The position numbers and the translations under genes were made by a program. Positions 21,251 through 30,244 of a stretch of DNA of 64,000 nucleotides are shown here, one piece after another. The notes under the pieces are model-generated. The model had not been told where the DNA came from. It saw only the letters and a program-made list of their open reading frames with translations, and ran no database searches. Origin of the DNA: an uncultured Methanoregulaceae archaeon (GTDB taxonomy: Archaea; Halobacteriota; Methanomicrobia; Methanomicrobiales; Methanospirillaceae). How positions within the stretch are numbered: the first letter of the stretch is position 1; every line of letters starts with the position of its first letter. Where the stretch lies: positions 1-64,000 of the forward strand of contig OY970343.1 in NCBI GenBank assembly GCA_963717525.1, in the 5' to 3' direction.

Positions 21251-22339
21251 TTGATGGGATCGGTATTTGTATCACCCTTGAACTGGGGGCTGGGTCATGC
21301 GTCGCGGGATGTGCCCATCATTCGCGAGCTGCTCCATCAGAGGCATGAGGTCACCGTAGGTGCCAGCGGAAACGCGCTCGCATTCCTGAAAAAAGAGTGC
21401 CCTGAATGCAGGTTTATCCAGTTCGAGGATTACCCGATTCCCCACAATAACGGGAGGATCTTTTTACCGACTTATACGGCGTATATCCCCACTCTTATCG
21501 ATGCCTACCTTTCGGAACGTAAAAAAGCAGTGAAAATATTCTCACAAAACACATTTGATCTCATCATCAGTGATTCCCGTTCAGGTGTCTATTCAGAAAA
21601 GGTACCCTCAATCCAGATAACACACCAGCTGCATCAGAGCCTGCCGCTGATTGCGTGGCCGCTCGAACTGCTTGGGGTTTACATACAGGCTGACGCTTTT
21701 TCCAAGTTTGCCAGGATCGTAGTGCCCGATAATCCACCGGAACGGGGAGCGCTCGCGGGAAAACTCTCCCGCTCCCTTGTTCCTGCACTTCGTGAGCAGA
21801 TCTACTATTGCGGGATAGTAGCAAGTGTCAGAAAAGAGCCAGTGAAAAGGGATATCGATTACCTGATCGTCATCTCGGGGATGGAACCCCAGCGTACAGC
21901 GCTTGAAAAGATCCTCATGCGGCAGATCCCGCACCTACCGGGAAGGAAAGTAGTCCTGCTCGGAAAGCCTGCCGCCGACCAGATCAGGACACTGGAGGAT
22001 GGGACCGTGATCTACTCTTTTGTCTCCAGTGAGGAAAAATCCCTGCTCATTTCACGGGCGCGGTTTATTATCTGTCGTTCCGGGTATACCACGATGATGG
22101 ATATCGCTGAGGCGGGGCTGAAAAGCGGGCTCTTTATCCCGACACCGGGCCAATGGGAACAGGAGTATCTCTCCCGGTATTATGAGGACGAGGGGTGGTT
22201 TTTCTCCCGGAGCCAGTATGGTCTCCGGCTCTCCCGGGACATCCCCCTGGCAGCCGGTTTCTCCGGGTTTCCCGCTATGACCACAACCGAAGAGAACGTC
22301 CGCCGGCTGTACCGGAAGGTGTTATCAGAATATCTCTGA
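21251..22339 (+). CDS. GT-B glycosyltransferase (GT28-like / MJ1255-type)
   Basis: PLNWGLGHASR, DLIISD, ICRSGYTT, IPTPGQWEQ. Confidence 0.88.
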   Translation: MMGSVFVSPLNWGLGHASRDVPIIRELLHQRHEVTVGASGNALAFLKKECPECRFIQFEDYPIPHNNGRIFLPTYTAYIPTLIDAYLSERKKAVKIFSQNTFDLIISDSRSGVYSEKVPSIQITHQLHQSLPLIAWPLELLGVYIQADAFSKFARIVVPDNPPERGALAGKLSRSLVPALREQIYYCGIVASVRKEPVKRDIDYLIVISGMEPQRTALEKILMRQIPHLPGRKVVLLGKPAADQIRTLEDGTVIYSFVSSEEKSLLISRARFIICRSGYTTMMDIAEAGLKSGLFIPTPGQWEQEYLSRYYEDEGWFFSRSQYGLRLSRDIPLAAGFSGFPAMTTTEENVRRLYRKVLSEYL

Positions 22340-22355
22340 CAGGGGTGTAACAAGG

Positions 22356-22649
22356 ATGCAGACAAGTTTCCATGAAAGCAATCTTCAGGACCTGAACAGT
22401 GGAGAGCCGGTGGCTCTTGTCTCTCACACGATGGACAAACTCGCTCTTATTTGGAGCATCGGCATCGGCATCGGGTACGCGTTTCTGGTGTCATTTATCT
22501 GCTGGATCGGGTACAGGTGTTTTCTCATCTATAATGCATACCAGGCAGGAAATTTTCCGTTCATAGTTACGGAAATCAAGATGGACCTGCTTATCAGTGC
22601 CATTTATTTTGGTATTGCGATAATCCTCCGGAAAAAAGGATATATCTGA
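22356..22649 (+). CDS. Small two-helix membrane protein
   Basis: Two hydrophobic segments; 16 bp after the glycosyltransferase. Confidence 0.6.
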   Translation: MQTSFHESNLQDLNSGEPVALVSHTMDKLALIWSIGIGIGYAFLVSFICWIGYRCFLIYNAYQAGNFPFIVTEIKMDLLISAIYFGIAIILRKKGYI

Positions 22650-22975
22650 AACCAGGGAAGCGGGAAAGGTTCAGCAGTCATACGTTTCTCAACTCTCATC
22701 GGCCAATCGTCCGGTCTTTTGCATGATATTCCCGATATATAATGTTCAGGGGGGGGGGAAGTAAAAATATATATTTTTCCAACAAAACTATATAGTTAAG
22801 AGATAATATATTGGGTAGGAAGAGTGGAGCGTGTTTACTACTTCCTGGAGCGATTCCCGTGATCGGTTCATACAGAATCCACAATGAGCAGATAAAAAAA
22901 GTTGAGCAGAGCTTGAAAGCACCCTACCTGCGTCATCGAGTTGACCCTTGCATTCACGAAAATTCGGGCATAGTG

Positions 22976-23194
22976 ATGATGCAGATAAATCGACCGGAAA
23001 ATATCGCCCCTGTCCAGCGGCAAAAATCTTGTAACTATGATAGGGATCTGCGACAGGATCCCCCCAATCTGCCTCCGTCCCCATGTTCTGCAACGAGGTG
23101 TCTCCGATGCAACACCCGAATACACGAGATGGATTATCTCTATACGAAAAAGACCGGCTTATGTATTCCCTGCTGGGAAGAACAGGTGACATGA
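22976..23194 (+). CDS. Small zinc-finger protein
   Basis: CLRC...CIPC; start chosen at ATG 22976. Confidence 0.5.
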   Translation: MMQINRPENIAPVQRQKSCNYDRDLRQDPPNLPPSPCSATRCLRCNTRIHEMDYLYTKKTGLCIPCWEEQVT

Positions 23195-23195
23195 C

Positions 23196-23378
23196 ATGGC
23201 GATAAAGAAAAAGAAAACAAAAAAAGCCTCAGCACCGGAAAAATACATCTTCCCCCAATCGTCAGTTACACCGAACCGGCCATGGCTTCCCAATCGTGCC
23301 GGCGTCGGCAAATCCGTCGGGGCTCTGCTGGGCCGGGTGAAATCATATATTATACCTGGCAAAACTGCAGAAGCATGA
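23196..23378 (+). CDS. Small basic hypothetical protein
   Basis: Starts 1 bp after the upstream stop; AGGTGA upstream. Confidence 0.45.
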   Translation: MAIKKKKTKKASAPEKYIFPQSSVTPNRPWLPNRAGVGKSVGALLGRVKSYIIPGKTAEA

Positions 23379-23528
23379 CAAACTGATCCCAGATAGCAAC
23401 GCCACTAAAAGCAGAAATGTTATTCCATCCTCCATAAAGTCGGGTGATTGAAGCCGGATCCATCCCCGGGGTGCATCCCAAAAAGAGCTCCCCGACCGAC
23501 TATTTTCGATTTCCGGTAAACGGGGATT

Positions 23529-24563
23529 TTATTTCCCGGCAGGTTTCCGGTGGAGTGACTGATTTTCTTCGACGATGTAGTTGATCACGTTCTCGGAAAT
23601 ATCCGCGGCGTACTCTCCAGACCTGCGGATGCTCTCCGAGATGTAGCTGATCGAGATTGCCGCCATAGTCTCCTGCCTGAACGCCATGTTGCTGATATCG
23701 CCACAGATATGCTCCAGCGCCGAGACCGACTCGATGGTCTTGTGGGCCTCACGGATATCGGCATTGAAAAACGAGATAATACTCTTGTCAAAGATCTGCA
23801 TGGACAGGACGCTCGCCTTCTTTAACGCTGCCACGATCTTCGGGTCGAGGTCGGCATCCAGCACCGGCTGGGCATTCTCGGCAATCCGTACGGCGTGATC
23901 GCCGATTCGTTCGATGATCTTGCTGATCAGATGGTAGTACATGGCCATGCCGACCGAGACCTCCATCTTCCGGGAGAGGGAGGGGTTCTGCATGATCATG
24001 TTGGTCTGGCGGGCGATCAGCCAGTTGAGCCGGTCCGAGTCCATGTCCCGGTTGATCACGTCGGCGGCGAGGGTCTGGTTGTGCGTCTCGAGCGATGCGA
24101 TGGCATCCTCATGCATGTTCCTGACAATGACAAACATTCTCTTGATGGTGTTGTCAAACGGCATCTCGGCCGGGTTGAGGAGGTCTTTTATCAGGATGAG
24201 CGTATCGGTCTCCTCGACAACCTCCTGCCCGATGGTCATCTGGGTGAAGTCCCGGACAACGGTTCGGACAAACGGCGGAAACCGCTGCTTCGAACTGATA
24301 CGGATCGTCGTAAACCCGGTGATGTAAGTTCCGATCAGGATCCGGAAGAGAAATGAGGGGTCGGTGATATGCCCGATATCGACCTCTTTGACCCGCTGGA
24401 TTGGATCATCGGTGGTTTTTTTCGTGACGAGCAACGTGCCGTCAGGCTGTGCAATCATCCCGACGGGGTCATTCTTCTTGATTCGCAATTCCTGGACCCA
24501 GTCTTTGGGCAGCGTAACAACAAACGATGACCCCCCGGTCATCTGTACCCGGCGTATTTCCAT
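23529..24563 (-). CDS. phoU: Archaeal phosphate uptake regulator (AbrB-like DNA-binding domain plus two PhoU domains)
   Basis: RRVQMTGGSSFVVTLPKDW; ERIGDHA; RRSGEYAADISE. Confidence 0.93.
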   Translation of the reverse strand: MEIRRVQMTGGSSFVVTLPKDWVQELRIKKNDPVGMIAQPDGTLLVTKKTTDDPIQRVKEVDIGHITDPSFLFRILIGTYITGFTTIRISSKQRFPPFVRTVVRDFTQMTIGQEVVEETDTLILIKDLLNPAEMPFDNTIKRMFVIVRNMHEDAIASLETHNQTLAADVINRDMDSDRLNWLIARQTNMIMQNPSLSRKMEVSVGMAMYYHLISKIIERIGDHAVRIAENAQPVLDADLDPKIVAALKKASVLSMQIFDKSIISFFNADIREAHKTIESVSALEHICGDISNMAFRQETMAAISISYISESIRRSGEYAADISENVINYIVEENQSLHRKPAGK

Positions 24564-24724
24564 CTTGTTTTCACCTCACGAATAGAGTGATATGATAAAT
24601 ATACTTGACTCTGTTCTCTTTTTTCTTGTATATATATATGCATAGTTTATGTCGAAAAACTGTATATGAACTTGGGATAATATTCTGATTAAGTATCAAA
24701 AGCGGTGAATACACAGGAGCAGAT

Positions 24725-25225
24725 ATGAGAAGCGATACAGTGATTTTTATCTGCTCTTTCAATTCTGTCAGATCGCCCATCGCAGAAGGGTTTCTCCGGC
24801 AGAGAGAGCGGGGGCGGTATACAGTTTGTTCTGCTGGTATCGCACCAATACGGGTACGCCCCAGCGCTGTCAGGGTCATGCAGGAGATGAAGATCGATAT
24901 TTCGGGCCATATCCCTGCTTCGTTGTACCATTACCGGACCCAGGATTTCGATTACGTTGTTACGCTCTGCGATAATGTCCGCGCAGCAGCCGAAGAAGTG
25001 TTACCGGGCGGGGACAGGTTTTTTCACAGGAACTTTGTCAGCCCCCAGGAAATCGGGAAAACACCGGAGGAAACCCTCGCGGACTACCGGACATTGCGGG
25101 ATGAGATCGCGTTATGGTTGGACGAGATTTTTCCGGCAGCAACGCAAGATCCAGATAAAAACAACGGGAAAAAGAATATGGATTGCACCGCAACTCAGCA
25201 AGCGTCCGGGCAAGGACAATCTTAG
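24725..25225 (+). CDS. arsC: LMW-PTP fold arsenate reductase-like protein
   Basis: FICSFNSVRS P-loop, SAG, DYVVTLCD. Confidence 0.75.
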   Translation: MRSDTVIFICSFNSVRSPIAEGFLRQRERGRYTVCSAGIAPIRVRPSAVRVMQEMKIDISGHIPASLYHYRTQDFDYVVTLCDNVRAAAEEVLPGGDRFFHRNFVSPQEIGKTPEETLADYRTLRDEIALWLDEIFPAATQDPDKNNGKKNMDCTATQQASGQGQS

Positions 25226-25266
25226 ATGAATACTGGAATGGACGGGACCGCAGAAAGGAGACATGC

Positions 25267-25461
25267 ATGACCTATACATCGTCATCGAATATGATCGATC
25301 TGGATGGTCCGCTTATCCAGATATTTCTGGGATTTCTGCTCGCTATCATCGGATGTGTACTCATGATCAGCGCACCGGGATACTCGGAGGTATCCTATCT
25401 CCTGTTCCTAATTGCCGGTGTCTTGGTTGCCCTCTCCATGATCTTCCTTACCGGGGGCTGA
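25267..25461 (+). CDS. Small two-helix membrane protein
   Basis: Hydrophobic; AGGAG upstream. Confidence 0.55.
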   Translation: MTYTSSSNMIDLDGPLIQIFLGFLLAIIGCVLMISAPGYSEVSYLLFLIAGVLVALSMIFLTGG

Positions 25462-25591
25462 AACTGTGGTGGAATAGAGGACATAAAATAAATATATACT
25501 AATGCGTGATAACTATTTAGATTACATATGACTGGACTCCCCTTGCGATCAATTCATTCCGATCGCTGAGATCGATGCCGATGAGGAAACT

Positions 25592-26110
25592 ATGTTTCGA
25601 CTGACAGCAAAAGTGACAACAAACCCGATAAACCAAAGCGGGATAATTGCCGGTGCGATAGGTGGAGAGTCCATCGTCCTTGTGGTTCTGGTCAATACCC
25701 TTCTCCTCAGGGCATTCGCACAGGGTAATCTCCCCCCTTCGGACCCGAAGGTTATTGCGTGGAACGCCGTCTACCCTTTTCTTATTATAGCGATCTTTGA
25801 GGGGTGGGGCGTGTTTGCCGCGTGGCTCTGTACAGCCTCGATAAGAACCAGGAACGAGGCCTTCATAAGCGGATTTATTGCCGGCATCGTGATAGGGATC
25901 CTTCTCGAGGTTATGTGGGTGGCACAGCTCACAAGCCTGATCTCACACCAGGTTATCCCGTACTCCGGTATAGCTGCCGGATACGGAAACACTCTTGTTA
26001 CCATCGCGGCTCTGGTTATTTTTGTTCTTCTGGGTGGGATACTTTCCGGGTTTGGTTCATATATATTCTACCTGTTCATGTCATCACCGGAGGCCCAGGC
26101 AACGGTATAA
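25592..26110 (+). CDS. Four-helix membrane protein, hypothetical
   Basis: Four Gly-rich hydrophobic segments. Confidence 0.7.
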   Translation: MFRLTAKVTTNPINQSGIIAGAIGGESIVLVVLVNTLLLRAFAQGNLPPSDPKVIAWNAVYPFLIIAIFEGWGVFAAWLCTASIRTRNEAFISGFIAGIVIGILLEVMWVAQLTSLISHQVIPYSGIAAGYGNTLVTIAALVIFVLLGGILSGFGSYIFYLFMSSPEAQATV

Positions 26111-26395
26111 TCTGGGCCGTCATGACACGGCGGCCAAACCGACGTAGCAGCAGCATATTATCGTCGGTGCAGGACTATATAGAAATTATTTTAAGTATAT
26201 ACTACGAGTACAAACTATGTGCTTATGTCTCAAGCCCTACCGGCACAACACCAGTCATTGCCTTGATGATCAGATCCCTCCCGGAGATACTGCAATACAG
26301 GAGCAATTGCCCAAAGGATCCGATATGATGACAGATAACCAGGGTTTAACCTACAGGGCAGTCAGGAACTGTGACCTCGACCGGTTTAGTGTCAA

Positions 26396-26638
26396 GTGAT
26401 CCGGGAGCGTGATGCCCTTATGTATTGCCAGGTAGAACCGCTTGATCTGCTGCCCTCAAGGCAGAATGTCCTTCTATGCACCCTCGACCGTTTTCATTCC
26501 AACGACGGAACTTTTGGACCACTCCATCCCGATGATCTCAAAGGACTGCGCGACTGGATCCATGCAAAGCATGTTGAAGAGAGAGAGACCAGAGAAAGTT
26601 ATCTCCGGAGATATTCCGCTCCTTGGAGAGTAGGATAA
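26396..26638 (+). CDS. Hypothetical protein
   Basis: Plausible composition; start uncertain. Confidence 0.4.
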   Translation: MIRERDALMYCQVEPLDLLPSRQNVLLCTLDRFHSNDGTFGPLHPDDLKGLRDWIHAKHVEERETRESYLRRYSAPWRVG

Positions 26639-26782
26639 CCGAGGGCTTTTGAATACGCAGGCAGAACATATCCTAAAAAAGTCTGTGGGGGATTTGCGTG
26701 GTGCAAATCAATGAAACGCGTCAAGAAGACTCTTCTTCTTGATACTCTATAATTTGCACATAATCTCTATAAATATGTTTCG

Positions 26783-27691
26783 ATGACTATGGCAGCAGAA
26801 ACGGACAGTTTTGAAAAGTTTTTTGAGATGTACAAGCGTTTCTGCTACACGTTTGGCCGTTCCTTTGATCGCACCCCCAACCGCGATATTATCAAACTGA
26901 TTTACCAGGCCGATCTCGAAATGACGCCAGGAATGTTCACGTCCCTGTGGATCGTAACGACCATTCTTGTCGGCTTTGTGATGATAATGATCGCATCCAT
27001 CCTTTTCCTGCTCCCCCAAAGCCCCTTTGCGATACCCAATCCCGCACCCTTTATCCTGCTCTTCGCGCTGATCGGTTCTGCTGCGATTGCGATTGGCTTT
27101 CCTTTTTACCTGCAAAACCAGATCGAGAACAAGAAACGGGACATAGACACCCAGATTCCCTATGCCCTTGCATTCATGTCGATCCTTGCCAGTTCCGGTG
27201 CAACACCGCTGGATATTATCAGGAGGATTGCACGGGAAGAGTACGGACAGATCTCCAACGAGTTTCGCAAGGTACTGTTCAGGGTAGATGTCCTTGGAGA
27301 GGATGTGGTCACTGCGATGAACGGCCTGGTACAGAATACGCCATCTGACATGTTCCGGGATATCTGCATCGATATGACCAACATCATCTATGGTGGAGGC
27401 GGACTGAAATCCTATCTTGAGACCAAGTCAAAAGAGCTCATGGCCATCCGGCGCCAGACCTATAAGGAATTCGTGGAGTCCCTTGCCGTATTCGGCGAAG
27501 GTTACCTTGGAGGAGTGGTGATGACAATCACCCTCGCTGTGCTGGGTGTTGTTATCTCCGGTGCACTGGGCATCCAGCTGGGGCCGTTTTCCGCGCATGA
27601 TATGTTCAACTACCTGATCTACCTGCTGATCCCGCTCATCAACGTGGTATTCCTTCAGATGCTGGCTGTGAAATATTCGACAACTCCCTGA
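26783..27691 (+). CDS. Type IV pilus platform protein (T2SSF, TadB/TadC-like)
   Basis: IDTQIPYALAFMSILASSG, YGQISNEF, TPSDMFR. Confidence 0.92.
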   Translation: MTMAAETDSFEKFFEMYKRFCYTFGRSFDRTPNRDIIKLIYQADLEMTPGMFTSLWIVTTILVGFVMIMIASILFLLPQSPFAIPNPAPFILLFALIGSAAIAIGFPFYLQNQIENKKRDIDTQIPYALAFMSILASSGATPLDIIRRIAREEYGQISNEFRKVLFRVDVLGEDVVTAMNGLVQNTPSDMFRDICIDMTNIIYGGGGLKSYLETKSKELMAIRRQTYKEFVESLAVFGEGYLGGVVMTITLAVLGVVISGALGIQLGPFSAHDMFNYLIYLLIPLINVVFLQMLAVKYSTTP

Positions 27692-27697
27692 TCCGCT

Positions 27698-29065
27698 ATG
27701 CAAACACCCGCCAAGGACACCCCGGTTCATAAAAAGATGGACGAGCTCCACGAGATTATCGAGCGGATATGGATCAAGTACAACCCACCGCGGGAACTTT
27801 TCACCATTGCCATTCCGGTCGCGGTTGCACTCCTGGTTGTGCTCGCTGCATTTTTAATGGGATATACAATCCATACAACGGAAAAGCAGCAGGCTACAAC
27901 CACCAGTGCCAAAGAACAGGCGCTGCAGGCATACCTTGCGCAGGTGAATGCCGAGAACGGCAATGCCACCGGAACAGTCGCTTCCGCTATACCATCAGCA
28001 CCTGCCGCACCGACCATGGGGCTTGACGAGGTGATGGTCTTTGCCCTGATCATAGCCATCCTCCCGTACTCCATTGACATAACGCTCCAGAAACGGTCGA
28101 CCCGGAAAAAAGAGGAACTCTATACCGAGTTCCTGTTTAAGCTCTCTGAGCTGATGCGGGGGGGGCTCGATCCCATCAAGGCAGTAAAAGAACTCTCCAA
28201 GACCGATCTTGGCGTTCTCACCCCACATATCCGCGTCGCAGCGACCTCCATGACATTCGGGAAGTCGTTTGAGGAAGCGATGAAAGCGATGTCTGCTTCA
28301 CTCCATTCGGAACTGATCACGCGGTACACCATGCTCGTCGTCCAGGCCTCGTATTCAGGGGGATCGGTTGCCGATCTTATCCTCAAGGCATCCGAGGACA
28401 TGCGGAGTATCATCTCGATCGAGCGGGAGAAAGAGGGGAATCTTCACCAGTACGTAATGATCTTCTACTTTGCCCAGGCAATCATCATTTTTATCGTCTA
28501 TATTCTGACAACAAGCCTCCTCCCGTTCGTCCAGCAGCTGGGCGCCACGCAGATGTTTGGCAAAACGGATATCGGCGATATCGATTTTGCCCGGGGATTC
28601 TTCCATATGATCATCCTCAACTCCATATTCGGGGGCCTGATCATCGGGAAGATCAGCGAAGGCGAGGCGCGGTACGGGCTCAAGCACGTGGTTGTGCTCG
28701 TGGCCGTAGGTTACATTGCGTGTGCCCTCTTCATCCTTCCTCCGCCGGTCACACAGATCGGGCCAAAGGTCAATATTACGGTGGTATCTGGAGATCAACA
28801 GGAAGGAGTTCAATCTTTGCCGCTCGTAAATCCAATCGTTTTCCAACTTACAGACACTGCCGGTAATCCCGTGAATAGTACTTCTGTTACATTCAACATA
28901 GTGCCGGGAGGGTTGGTAAATCCGGTTTCAGATATCTCGAATAATAATGGCCAAGTCCAGACGAAAGTAATCTTGGGAAATGTTTCGGGAACCTACTTTA
29001 TAACAGCAACGGCAAATGGGAACTCTGCAAAGGCGACTGCGAACGCAGCATCCGGAGGAGGATAA
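27698..29065 (+). CDS. Type IV pilus platform protein (T2SSF) with C-terminal Ig-like domain
   Basis: FLFKLSELMRGG, GLIIGKISEG..GLKH; C-terminal VVSGDQQ..TDTAGNPV..TATA beta domain. Confidence 0.9.
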   Translation: MQTPAKDTPVHKKMDELHEIIERIWIKYNPPRELFTIAIPVAVALLVVLAAFLMGYTIHTTEKQQATTTSAKEQALQAYLAQVNAENGNATGTVASAIPSAPAAPTMGLDEVMVFALIIAILPYSIDITLQKRSTRKKEELYTEFLFKLSELMRGGLDPIKAVKELSKTDLGVLTPHIRVAATSMTFGKSFEEAMKAMSASLHSELITRYTMLVVQASYSGGSVADLILKASEDMRSIISIEREKEGNLHQYVMIFYFAQAIIIFIVYILTTSLLPFVQQLGATQMFGKTDIGDIDFARGFFHMIILNSIFGGLIIGKISEGEARYGLKHVVVLVAVGYIACALFILPPPVTQIGPKVNITVVSGDQQEGVQSLPLVNPIVFQLTDTAGNPVNSTSVTFNIVPGGLVNPVSDISNNNGQVQTKVILGNVSGTYFITATANGNSAKATANAASGGG

Positions 29066-29068
29066 CCC

Positions 29069-29545
29069 TTGTTAAAACAGGCATATTATATTTTGTGTCT
29101 CCTTATTGGCATACTAGTATTTGTCAGTATTGCCGGCTGCGCAACATCCCTGCACCCACAGCTGAATTCGACGATTGAGAAATCTACGGATGCATTACCA
29201 GATCCTGAAACAGGTCTCCAGGAGTGGATGACTGCGATAAATGCCAAAAATATCAATCGTTTGTATACTCTTTCGCCTGATCAGATTCGGGAGCAGGTAA
29301 CCCTGGAACAATTCACCAAAGATAATACCGAAAATTACCTTCTCCAGCCAGGATATGTTTTTATTGGTTATACTATCCTTAACAAAACCGTTAATCAGAC
29401 AACAGCAACTATCACTGCACAATTGAATTTGCAGGTGTCAGCATCCCAGAATTTGAATCAAACGAAAGTATTTCCTGTAATCTATAAGTTTTTCCTGGTT
29501 TTTGAAGAGGGAGAATGGAAAATCTGGAACATTCCTCTTTCATAA
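29069..29545 (+). CDS. Putative lipoprotein (NTF2-like)
   Basis: IAGC lipobox-like; EEGEWKI ending; 3 bp after the platform gene. Confidence 0.65.
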   Translation: MLKQAYYILCLLIGILVFVSIAGCATSLHPQLNSTIEKSTDALPDPETGLQEWMTAINAKNINRLYTLSPDQIREQVTLEQFTKDNTENYLLQPGYVFIGYTILNKTVNQTTATITAQLNLQVSASQNLNQTKVFPVIYKFFLVFEEGEWKIWNIPLS

Positions 29546-29602
29546 TCATTTATAGGTTATTGTACTGTAAAGGATAGTCGGAAAAACCACTAATCCTCAG
29601 AA

Positions 29603-30154
29603 TCAGACACCCTGCACAAAATGATGGCAGTTCGGGCAGACCCAGCCGACTGGTATCATCTCCCCGTTTTGTGCAGCAGAAAATGTCTGGATCATGGGGG
29701 TTTTGCACGGGCAGATCGGCCTGTTTGCGGCTGCCTGCTGTTCCATGAATGAGTCGAGCTTGCGTTTCTTGTACAGGGCACTCTCTATGCCGGCAAAAAG
29801 TTCCCGGGTGTTTATCGGCTTGACGAGATACCCACTCGCCTCGGTCTGGACCACGCGCCGGATTGTCTCATCATCGCTGAACGCGGTGAGGAAAATGATC
29901 GGCGTTTCGTACAGTCCTTTGATCTTGTAAGCGGCCTCAATCCCATCCATCTCTCCCTGGAGATGGATGTCCATGAGAATGACGTCCGGATACTGCTCTC
30001 CGGTAAGAGTGAGAGCCTCTTCGCCGCTCATAGCTATACCGACCACAACATACCCGATTCGCCTGAGTGTCTCCTCAAGGGTCATGGCAACAAGCCCTTC
30101 ATCTTCTACGATAAGGATCCTTTTTTCAGCAGGGTTTGCAGGATTTTTCATCAT
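29603..30154 (-). CDS. Response regulator receiver with C-terminal zinc ribbon
   Basis: IVEDE, ILMDI, FLTA, YLVKP; CPCK...CPNC. Confidence 0.88.
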   Translation of the reverse strand: MMKNPANPAEKRILIVEDEGLVAMTLEETLRRIGYVVVGIAMSGEEALTLTGEQYPDVILMDIHLQGEMDGIEAAYKIKGLYETPIIFLTAFSDDETIRRVVQTEASGYLVKPINTRELFAGIESALYKKRKLDSFMEQQAAANRPICPCKTPMIQTFSAAQNGEMIPVGWVCPNCHHFVQGV

Positions 30155-30244
30155 GGTTTTCGCTAGTATTATTTCGGCAGGAGACTATATTTAGTTGTCT
30201 TTAATATAGAGAGAAGACACAATATATTTATTCGAGGGGGCAAG

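Noticed and set aside
23437..23501. Nested stem-loop as ncRNA
   Set aside because: Lies between convergent genes and matches no family I recognise; likely terminator.
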